A DNA stretch of 41,797 nucleotides from positions 1-41,797 of the forward strand of contig MCFE01000727.1 of assembly GCA_002104905.1 (NCBI GenBank), written 5' to 3'. Position numbers and translations under genes: made by a program. Source of the DNA: Basidiobolus meristosporus CBS 931.73 (lineage: Eukaryota; Fungi; Basidiobolomycota). Each line of letters opens with the position of its first letter. Within the stretch, counting starts at the first letter, position 1. The notes under the pieces are model-generated. The model worked only from the letters and a program-made list of their open reading frames with translations. It did not search any database and was not told where the DNA came from. This document shows, one piece after another, positions 1-9,677 of the stretch.

Positions 1-510
1 GCTGACAACCTCCTTGCTAATATAGATGGTGGTGATGTTATGATGGCTACTTGCTGGTCTTCAAGTGCAGGTACTGCTTTTGCTATATTCTCATCTACCT
101 CAGCATTACGGCCTGCTTGCAACTCCACATAGATTCCTAATTGCCTACCTGACTGAGAGCCTGGGGAGTTTTCATTCTTACCTCCAGTGGGTGCACTGTC
201 CACAGAGCCTTTTTTGGCTGTAGCCCTGCATGTTGTGCTGAATGTCAAGGCAAGCTGTTGTCCAACCATTCTTTAGCTGCTGTCAGTGGTATGGTTTGGT
301 TGGGAACCAGACAACTTTGGTTTATTGTTTGGTGGTGTATATATGGGAGTAAGTCAAACCAAAGGGAAATGGTGTTATATATGCACATGTATCTGGTACC
401 ACAACTTTGCTTAAAATGCTTACAACAGCATGTCATCATGGAATCTTACATAAATGTTGTTGCAATGTCTCAAATACAAGATTGCCTTATATTAGCATCA
501 GTATTAACCA
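1..510 (-). mobile_element. Decayed 5' part of the transposon accessory ORF (inverted copy of ~2765-3275), running off the left edge
   Basis: The reverse complement of 1-510 aligns nearly colinearly with 2765-3275 (e.g. TGGTTCCCAACCAAAC..ACCACTGACAGCAGC, GAAGACCAGCAAGTA, TATTAGCAAG..GTTGTCAGC). The region is CpG-depleted. Confidence 0.85.
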
Positions 511-589
511 ACAAAGGATATAATAGAGTTACAAAGTTGAGTGTCAATCTGTTTGCCCCATGGACAAGACTACTTTATATAATGCCATA

Positions 590-1304
590 AGTGAAGAGAA
601 AAAGACCCTGTGCCTATTGTAGTAAGCTTCTCAGCTGTGAAGTACACAGACAGTATAGGAAGTATTACAAGGATCATGGCTAGTGTTTTGCCACACAAGT
701 CATATTTGACCATTCACCAGTTACTATTGTACAAACACTATTTTGCCAGTCACTTGATGCATCTGTAACTGCACCTGGCTGTGCTTGTCACCTTGCACAA
801 ACTGAGAAAGGTGAGTTTGTGATGGCTTTAAGCTCACCCCAGCCTTCTGAATATGGCATGCAGAGTGATAGCTCTGAAGAAGCAGGCTCACTGATGGATC
901 TTGAGCCTATCTTCCCTAACAACAGTATCCTGCATGAGCCCAGCAAAATCCCATTATGAAATGAGATAACACCTGTAGAAAAAATCCCAGGGATGCTTTA
1001 TGGAGTCAAGTGAGCCTAGTGATCCATCTACTATTGAATGATGTGATGTTGTGGGCAGAGAAGTGGCACATTTCCACTGATATCAGTATTGGAGGCTTTG
1101 ATGATTTGCTACTACTTCTTGCCAAAATCATCCAAAGATGCAACTTACCAGGTACATGGTATATATGGATAACAGTCATGCAGCCAGCAGCATTTGACCC
1201 AGAGACCACCCTGATACCAGCATGCATTAGCAGCTGCATGGCATTCACATCAGAAAATGCCACTATTGCAATGTGTCCTAATTATCAGGATCATATCACC
1301 GTTG
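590..1304 (+). pseudogene. CACTA/EnSpm-like transposase N-terminal remnant
   Basis: Translation gives RPCAYCSKLL.. and LLAKIIQRCNLPGTWY..LIPACISSCMAFTSENATIAMCPNY. The latter matches the IxACxxxCxxF..CPxC motif of CACTA (tnp2/Transposase_21-type) transposases. Stops are present. Confidence 0.65.
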
Positions 1305-1631
1305 AGGCTGTTTAAGAGCACAGAGGGACTGCATACATGCATCTGGTACTCAATCTCCATGACACTCTGAATCTGGCTCCTGTAGCTTGTAAAATGTCAC
1401 AAAGATGCATGGCATTTTCTTGATCCACTGTCTCTATCTGGCACTATATTTAAATATTGGCCTGAAAGTAAAGCCTATAAAAGCACGTATAGTGCCTTTT
1501 AGTGCCAGCGGACCAAGAAAATGCCATGCATTGTTGTGACATGTTACTAGCCACAGGAGCTATATTCAGAGTGTTATGGGTATTCAGTACCAAATGAATG
1601 TCATCAGTCCTTCTGTGCTGTTACAAATCCT
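1305..1631. repeat. Long imperfect palindrome (144-bp arms, 39-bp spacer); MITE/foldback-like
   Basis: 1305-1448 aligns without gaps to the reverse complement of 1488-1631 with 28 mismatches in 144 (~81%, counted by hand). Confidence 0.9.
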
Positions 1632-1784
1632 GTACTACATTGATCCCAAGGAAAAGGTCAAAAATGAATTTTCTCCAGCACATTTGGTAGGTCACAGGGG
1701 CTGCTTTGCATGAAGATGAAGAGCTATGTTTCATACTCTGTGGCCAGGTGTAGGTGCACTTGGCCTCCCTGGCATGCTATGGTA

Positions 1785-2642
1785 CCCTATGAAAAATAAT
1801 TTGATTCTGCAGGTGGATCCAATACATATCAGCCATCATGATCCCATGTGTAGACTGTCATAATACCAGCAGCTTGGAATTAGTGACCCTCTTGACAATG
1901 TTATGATGGGATTGCAGAAAATTTTTGCTAATTTTATTTCCAAATAAGGTGGTAAAACTTGACAGTGTTTGATTGGTGCTGTGACAATAATTGCATGGCA
2001 TTGTTGTGGTATTAATGTGCTCTACAACTATTTTAAATGGACTTAACTGGCCAGGACATCCAGTTGCCTTATATGTCAAAAACTTGATGGTATTTCAACA
2101 GCTTCACAGCAAGTCTCTGATGGCATTATTACAGCAGTAAGGCAGCCTACAGTTAGCTCTGTATGTTGCTACCGTACCAAATGGTATTTCCTTTTTCTAC
2201 CTACCTTGTGCAATATCATATATTCCACTGTAAAATCACCCCTCTTTGTTTGCTTACCCTCTAATACCTTGGGTATTCCCCATATAGCTCAAGTCATAAG
2301 AACTATGGCCTCCTGCTTAGTAACCTCTACAAACTCCCACACCTGCTGCAATTGACATACTTCTATCACCTCAGCTTTACATCTTTTTAGTGTGATACTT
2401 GCAAAGTTGCCATATACCTTGTACTGCTGGAAATGTATACATCTTGCAAACATATTCTTGGTTGTAGCAACTTCTGCCATGAATACCTCCTGAGTATCAG
2501 CAGAGAACTTCTGGTATTTAGCCAATATTTTCCTTCTACCTGCTGAATTCTAGCCCCCTTGTAGGTGCACTCTGGCTCTTGTTTGTGTGAGTTCTGTATT
2601 GAATGGTGTAAATGATGGCTTGTGACCATGAGAAATCCAGCA
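1785..2642 (-). mobile_element. Inverted decayed copy of the transposon segment 6364-7228
   Basis: The reverse complement matches 6364-7228 throughout (e.g. TGCTGGATTTCTC, TTGGCTAAATACCA, GCAACTTTGCAAGTATCACACTAAA, GATCCACCTGCAG). Confidence 0.9.
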
Positions 2643-2871
2643 AACAATGTAAATTGTTGGTTTTAACATTAAAGATATTTTACATCTATTAGCAATGAAT
2701 ACAACTCATCATCATTTGTAAACATTGTTTTTCCTTTTGACAATATTACAGTTATATTACTTTTTTGTCAATACTCATGTGAATTTCAGCAGTCTTGTAT
2801 TTGAGACATGGCACCCACATGAATCTAAGATTCAAAGATGACCCACCATAGTAAGCATTATAAACAAAGTT

Positions 2872-4884
2872 GTGGCAACCTATACACACATATGTGTAGC
2901 ATTATTTCCTGTTTGGTTTGACTCACTTCCATATATATGCTGCCAAAAAATAAAGCAAAGTGTGTCTGGTTCCCAACCAAACCCCACCACTGACAGCAGC
3001 CGAAGAACAGTTGGACAACAGCTTGCTTTGACATTCAGTACAATAAGCAGCGCTACATCCAAAAAAGGCCATGTTGACAGTGTGCCCACTGAAGGTAATA
3101 ATGCGGACTCCTCTGGCTCACAGTCAAGCGGGCAATTGAGAATCTCTGCAGAGCCAGAAGCAGACGGATATGCTCAGGCAGATGAGAAGGTAGCAAATGC
3201 AGTACCTTCAGTTGAAGACCAGCAAGTATCTGTCATAACATCACCTCCACCCATATTAGCAAGTATGTTGTCAGCTCATACCAAAGCATTAATGAAGCAA
3301 TTAGGTGCAGTGGCTGAAAGGACAGATGCAATGGCCCAGAGAAATCAGGAAATAGTCCAGAAACAGGATGAGCGGATAAAAGGTAATAAGCAATCAATAT
3401 TGCAAGTAGAGAAAGCAGTATCTTTGCTGAAAAGAAGGAACTAAAGTAGCTCTATGTCACAGCCAAGAATTGAGCTATTTTCCAATCTAACAGCAGAGGA
3501 GCACCATACAGTCTTTGAAGAACAACAACAGTGCCCAAAGATCAAGCTGACAGAAGAACCTATCACTGTGTAAGAGCAAGACAATATGGTGATTATACCA
3601 AAGCCTAAATATCAAAAGACATTGAAGATCCCTGAAGCTGTTGAGTGCAATAATGAAGAGTGGGCTAATACTCAAGAGACTGTCAGAAGTCTAGCATGCC
3701 ATCACCTTAAGGCTGGCATACAATGGGACCATCAGGAACCCAAGGCCAAGCAGAATGAGCTTGACTTGTTACATGAGCATTAACCTGGATTCAAATGGGC
3801 AAATGGGCTTTGGGCCAGCATTGGTATGCTAAGAAAGTATCTTAAGAATAGTAGATACTATCAAAGGCAGAGGTACAAGGGTGCCATGGCTAAAAACCAG
3901 TTGCTTCCTCAAGAGCCAGTTACAAGCAGGGCCAAAAGCACCAGACAAGTGTCAAAGAGACATCAGGTAGCTGGAAGAGTACCAGTCAGGGACAAGCAGG
4001 CAGACATGGATGTGCCAGCACAACAATTGTCAGGGAAAAAGCGTAGTACCACTCAAAAAGCACTCAGTCAAAGTAGCAGTAAGGACCTGGTGGTGATAAA
4101 AACCTGCTGGTTTTTACAGGAGCCCATCACAACTACAGCAGAGAGCTCAAAACAAGCAGGAAAGAAACATCAGGTTGACAGAAGAGTGGCAGTAAGGGAG
4201 AAGCAGGCCAAAACAGATGTGTCAGAGCAGAATTTGTCAAGGAGAAAATGTAGTTTGTTACAAGAAGCACTCAGACATTGTAGCAGTGAAGGACCTGGTG
4301 GTGATAAAGGAAAAGGTAAAGGGAAAAATGTCTACCCAAGCATGATACAGGGAAGCATGTAAAAAAACTGTACTTCTTGCTAATTAACGCCACAAGCCTG
4401 GAACAGATCAAATCCCATCATACCCAAGAAGAACTACCAACAAGAAACAGCTGTTTTCACAAGAGTTGGAAGCTCAGCCAGTTGAGCTACACTCCAGCAA
4501 TGTAGAGGAGTTTGCAGGAAAAGGCAATTTGTCTAACACAGTCTCCACATCCTCTGTTGCTGACAGAGTGAAGATCCCACTGACAGATAGGCTACAACAT
4601 CAAGAACTCAAAAGACTATCACAATGCCTTCAGTAGAATTTTGGAGCATTAATGGGCACACTAAGAGGTTGCAGCACCTCTTCAAGAGCAGTGATCAAGA
4701 AAATGCACTTGAGTATTGCAAGGATTTATTGCAAAGACTGGTAGATGAGGTGCTAGACCTTGCAGTGCTGGCTAAAGACCAGGATGTGAGGGAACCAGTG
4801 TATGAACAGTGGCATTAAGTCATTGGGTTCCCACCAAAGTTGTGGAACCAGAGTTTTACAGCAGAAATACTTATTCAGTGGTGA
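2872..4884 (+). pseudogene. Disrupted transposon accessory ORF (coiled-coil, low-complexity middle)
   Basis: ORFs 2872-3444, 3586-3783, 3826-4362 and 4624-4818 are all in the same frame and separated by stops. The sequence is duplicated at 1-510, CpG-depleted and flanked by transposase relics. Confidence 0.6.
3910..4308 (+). repeat. Tandem duplication of ~207 bp (two diverged units)
   Basis: CAAGAGCC at 3910 versus CAGGAGCC at 4117; AAGGACCTGGTGGTGATAAA at 4081 and 4289. The peptide repeat is QEPVT..KRHQV / QEPIT..KKHQV. Confidence 0.85.
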
Positions 4885-5259
4885 GTATTTATGGAGTTAC
4901 TTATTGAGTGTGGGGTTGGGCTTAATGTTAGTGTAGAGTATAGGGACTTGTATAGGTCAATAGAATTGGCAATTGAGGTACAACTGAAGCATCAATGGAA
5001 ATAAATCTGTATGTATGCATGAAAAGTATGAGAAATGGTTGAGTCAGGAGGAAAGGAGTGTGAAAAAGAGGCAATAGCCAATCAATGCACACAAATGTAG
5101 GAGGTGATTGAGTGTCTGGGCTCTGAGAGTGAGCAAATTGGTAGGGAACCAATCAAAAGCCACTTATATGTTGTGATGAAAATTTTGACTAAGTTTTTGT
5201 GAAGTCTAGGGTGCAAATATTTTTCAATAGTCTCTGCATGGTGTCCTGATGGGATCAGT

Positions 5260-7228
5260 ACCTCTTAGTCATGGGACTTTGAATTTGTGACAGCCTTTTA
5301 ATAAGATCATTACAATATTTTTTCAAAGGGGCATCATTTGGCACTCATGGCTCAATGTGGCACCATCCAATGGAACAAGTCTATTATTATTACCCAAACA
5401 CCAACACTAAGAACATCATCTTCCTGCAAAGAGCATGTACAGAAGTCAGCATACAATTTCAGCAAAGTTGGCAAGCTATAAGCCAATGGCCAGAATATGG
5501 AATTAATTGGAAACCAGAGATACTTAAGATAGAGGGTGTCTTCTGGTGCAAAAGCTTTCTACTGGGAGCAATGCATTTGCTTTTCAACAATATCTCTATA
5601 CTGATGACCAACTTGTACATAGGGCATTTCAAGCTAAATGAGCCCTTTGAAATACCAGAGAAATTTGAAAGAACTGGCAAGATATTACAGGGTATTTGCT
5701 ACCCTAAGTACTTCTCATGGGCTCCAATCAACATTCATACACATATGCAACAATACAAGTGCAAGGACTGGATGAACCAAATATGTATTTATTCAAGTGG
5801 CCTTCTGAAGCCATTTCTACCAAGAGTATATTGGAAGCATTGGGAGTCATATGTGGACATTGTAGGAGTATTTATTCAGAAGTGGATCACCAATGCCAAC
5901 TTGACACATCTACAGCTTTTGTGTGGGGAACTTGAAACAGGATCTGAGCAGCTATACTACAAACATAAGTCAGAATGCTTAGATCTTTGCTGCTACTGTA
6001 TCCATTCACTACTCCATCTTGCTTAGTATGTTGGGAATATTGGACCTTGCATCACCTTTTGGGAGTTTCCTGTGGAGCAGATGTGTAGGAAGATAGGAAG
6101 ATAAGTCAAGTTGCAGGTATTACCATATCCCATTCTCATTAAGAACATTACCTTCAAGTCCATCTTGGATGTGATGATTTGGCACATGGAGGATAGCTAG
6201 GAAGTGTTGGAAATTATGGGGACAGATGTGCATATGGAGACACCTATGCCTATGGCATTAAGAAGCTAAGCAGCCCCAATGCATGGGTAATCAGTTAAGT
6301 AATGCACAGTTGAGTTGGGTGCAACAAGCAACTAATTTTCATTAGGAAAACTCTACCAAGATATGCTGGATTTCTCTTGGTCACAAGCCAATTTCTGCCC
6401 ATTCAATACCAAGCTCACACAAACAAGAGCTGGAGCACACCTATAAGGGGGACTAGAATTCAGTAGGGGGAAGGTATATATTGGCTAAATACCAAAAAGT
6501 TCTTTGCAGATATTGAGGAGGTATTCAAGGCAGAAGTGGTTGTAACCAAGCATGTGTTTGCAGATGTATATGTTAGCAGCAATATTTGGTATAGGGCAAC
6601 TTTGCAAGTATCACACTAAAATGCCATAAAGTTGAGGTGATAGAAGTATGTCAATTGTGGCATCTGAGTACATTTGTAGAGGTTAGTAAGCAGGAGGCCA
6701 TGGTTTTTTTTGGTTTGAACTATATGTGGAATATCCAAGGTAGTAGTGGGTAAGCAAATAAAAAGGGGTAATTCTACAGTGGAATATATGAGTTGCATAA
6801 GGAGAGGTAGAAAAGGAAATACCATTTGGTAAATTGGTATGGTAGCACTATACAGAACTAGCTGTAGGCCACATACTACCATGATAATACCATCAGAGGC
6901 TTGCAATGAGGCCATCAAAGCACCATCAAGTTTTTTTCCACACAAGGCAATTAGATGTACTGGCCAGTTATATCCACTCAAATAGTTGTAGAGTGCACTA
7001 AGACCACAACAATGCAATGCCACCCTTGGCAAGACACTGTCTAAGCACTGTTATGTTTTTTAACTTTATTTGGCAGTAAAACTAGCCAAATGCCATTGTG
7101 ATCCTGTCATAAGATTGTGCAGATGGTCATTAATTCCAAGCTGCTGGTATTATGACAGTCTCCTGACAGGATCTTGACAGCTGATCTGGATCAGATCCAC
7201 CTGCAGGACCAAATTTTTTTTCATAGGG
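5260..7228 (+). mobile_element. CACTA/EnSpm-like transposase core and downstream region, pseudogenised
   Basis: ORF 5355-6026 contains AMHLLFNNI, KCKDWMNQICIYSSGLL and EQLYY..CIHSLLHLA. After a stop it continues in frame as GPCITFWEFPVEQMC..PYP, the HxLxHL..GP..WxFxxER motif of CACTA transposases. Confidence 0.8.
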
Positions 7229-7815
7229 AACTCTCAGTGTCTCAGGTACTAGCTGTTAGGCAGACAAGCAAACATATTTTCCAGGAGGAGACTAGGCCAA
7301 CTTGCATTCATACCAAGTTTGGTAATCAGCTGCTTGCCACTTTGACCAAATATTGCAACTGGAAATTTGAAGGAAAAAACCAGCTGAATGCCAGCACAAT
7401 ACCATTGGAATACCTTCAGAATGCCAGCTGAAAACCAAATGAATTTCAAGTTTAAGACTTTTCATAGGGTAACCAAGTCAGAAGAAATAGTATATTTTCT
7501 GATTAGAGCTACACGTATAATAATAGCAATCTCAATGGTAGGGTTAATGCATAACCAAATAGATTGAAACCTTTTTCTCCATGAAGTGACTTTTTCAACG
7601 TTCCCGCACATAGAGAACACAAAAATGATGGGATCGTATGATATAGGGCTATATGCGGCATGTAAGCTGGTTGCCAAGTAGGGGTATTAGGGGACTTTTA
7701 CACTTTATTTCCAAGCAGATGGATGCTTGAATAGCTTAAGTATGGTAGCGCTTCAAAAGTATGCTGAGATGGAAACAAACACAGGTCATATACAATGCTA
7801 GCTTCTGTTAGCTAC

Positions 7816-8079
7816 TTAGTATTCGCACTCGACAGTGGTAGCATATCCCAAGCGCTTGACGCATCTTCTGAAGAATCCTTCTCTTAGAGTGGGAAGAGTG
7901 CAAATCAAGCGATCTTCCAATGAGTTTGAGCCTCCGGAGTGCTTGAGGCAGCATTCCATGACTTCGTTGAAATCGACCTTAAATCCAACAACTTCACATG
8001 TCGAGTTGACATCATCAGCAGCACAGTACAATGCCAATCCGGAAACGAAGACGGCCTTGAGCAAGTTTTGGAACATCAT
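7816..8079 (-). CDS. Small secreted cysteine-rich protein, 87 aa (paralog 1)
   Basis: Hydrophobic signal peptide and 6 mature Cys (C-CC-C-C-C). The paralog at 9237-9500 keeps the frame, all Cys and the stop. TATA box, CCAAT box and a 5'UTR intron are conserved upstream. Confidence 0.8.
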   Translation of the reverse strand: MMFQNLLKAVFVSGLALYCAADDVNSTCEVVGFKVDFNEVMECCLKHSGGSNSLEDRLICTLPTLREGFFRRCVKRLGYATTVECEY

Positions 8080-8092
8080 CCTGAGTGAACTG

Positions 8093-8162
8093 CTACAGTG
8101 AAGGTGTGGTTAGTTGAGCAATTGGTAGACGGGTAGAGATGATAGTCCAGATGGCTTCTTAC
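8093..8162 (-). other. Putative 5'UTR intron of paralog 1
   Basis: GTAAGA donor, CTAAC branch point and TAG acceptor. The same intron in paralog 2 has a CAG acceptor. Confidence 0.65.
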
Positions 8163-8218
8163 AGGGTTGGTTTGTCGGAGGGGTTTTCTTGTGTTGGAGC
8201 GTTATGCCAACCGCCCGC

Positions 8219-8258
8219 TTTATACTTGAAAACAGCAGCACCATAATTGCTTTATTGG
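8219..8258 (-). promoter_or_regulatory. TATAAA (8219-8224) and CCAAT (8254-8258) of paralog 1
   Basis: Both motifs are retained at the same spacing in the duplicate (9639-9677) while the neighbouring bases diverge. Confidence 0.6.
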
Positions 8259-9236
8259 TCAATCTTGGGCTACGATGAGATTGGAACCAGTTATTCTGAA
8301 ACCCCCGAAATACTGCTCACCATTAATTGTGGTCATCAACCTGGACTTCTCTTGCCCAAGGCCTCATAATGTAGCATCATATAACATTAAGGTTATTCCA
8401 GTCACTCTTTCCGATTTAAGAGGTGGACAGTACCACTCTTCCATCAGGATTCGTTCACTCGGCGCCATCGTCCTATGCTACGGAGTATTATGGACCAATG
8501 CTCTCAAATGCAAATCCTCATGAGTGTGTCGTCAAAAGGAAATGATGTGCATTGCACATTACAATTTGGCTTGGTGTACTGCTTTCGCAAGCAACTTGGT
8601 CCCAAAGCAAGGGAATGTGTGACCCGATGCCATGACGCCTTTATCATCATTGTAGATCATGTAGCACTTATGATAGATGGCGTAAAATGGAGTAGCACCA
8701 ACGTATTTGATTCGATTTGATGGGAATCTACTAACACAACGGCGCCATTAAAGTAGTACAAGCCACCATAGGCGACGATACTCATACTCATGCTCTTACC
8801 ACACTCTGTACCTTGAATCGAATAGCATGACATCACCGGACCCATATAACATCTGATCGAAAAAGTAGAGTAAGCAGTTGAAGATCTAATGAGCGGCTAT
8901 ATTTTTGATGTGTCTAGACAACGTATATCCTGTTCGGACACCGCCACACCTAGCTAGTCTAATTCAAGCCCAACTGCATCTACCTTGTAGCTAGACACTT
9001 TGCAGCCAGAGGTGTATGGACACAAACAGCAGACTGGGTAAAATCCATAATGGAATGGGCGGGAAACTCCTACTCTACGCTATATCTCGGAGTAAACCTG
9101 AATTTTTGGATACATCTTGCTATGTTGCGTATGTAGACTTTATTTTCTTTCAATTCATTACTCGAGCCAATTCAAGTCAATCCCGCTTTAAAAGGAATGA
9201 ACACCGGCTACCAGCAATACTAGATTCGTTTACCAT

Positions 9237-9500
9237 CTAGTATTCGCAGTCAATAGTCGTGGCATACCCCAAGCGCTTGACGCATCTTCTGAAGTACCCT
9301 TCTTTTCCGGTGGGCAGAGTGCAGATCAGGTATTTTCCCTTGAAGTCTGAGCCTCCCATGTTGTTGAGGCAGCATTCCTTGATCTTGCCGAAGCTGATCT
9401 TGAACCCAGTAACCTCGCATTTTGAGTTGACATCATCAGCAGCACAGTACAATGCCAATCCGGAAACGAAGACGGCCTTGAGCAAGTTTTGGAACATCAT
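9237..9500 (-). CDS. Small secreted cysteine-rich protein, 87 aa (paralog 2)
   Basis: 65/87 aa identical to 7816-8079, with the same signal peptide and Cys pattern. The two copies are offset by 1421 bp. Confidence 0.8.
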   Translation of the reverse strand: MMFQNLLKAVFVSGLALYCAADDVNSKCEVTGFKISFGKIKECCLNNMGGSDFKGKYLICTLPTGKEGYFRRCVKRLGYATTIDCEY

Positions 9501-9513
9501 TCTGAGTGAACTG

Positions 9514-9582
9514 CTGCAGTGAAGATATGGTTAGTTGAGCAACCGGTAGCGGGCAGAGAGAAAAGTCCAGATGGCTTCTTAC
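9514..9582 (-). other. Putative 5'UTR intron of paralog 2
   Basis: GTAAGA donor, CTAAC branch point and CAG acceptor, positionally conserved with 8093-8162. Confidence 0.65.
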
Positions 9583-9638
9583 AGGGTTGGTTTGTCGGAG
9601 GGGTTTTTTTGTGTTGGAGAGCCATCCCAACCCTCCGC

Positions 9639-9677
9639 TTTATACGTTAAGCAACAGCGCCATGACTGTTTTATTGG
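9639..9677 (-). promoter_or_regulatory. TATAAA (9639-9644) and CCAAT (9673-9677) of paralog 2
   Basis: Conserved with 8219-8258. Confidence 0.6.

Noticed and set aside
1442-1495. CACTA..TAGTG pair as true CACTA element termini
   Set aside because: The motifs face the wrong way for two abutting element ends, enclose only 54 bp, are part of the larger palindrome and have no 3-bp TSD.
7835-9522. Plus-strand ORFs 7835-8101 and 9259-9522 antisense to both Cys-rich peptides
   Set aside because: They have GTG starts, no promoter or signal features, and their similarity is explained by duplication of the sense genes.
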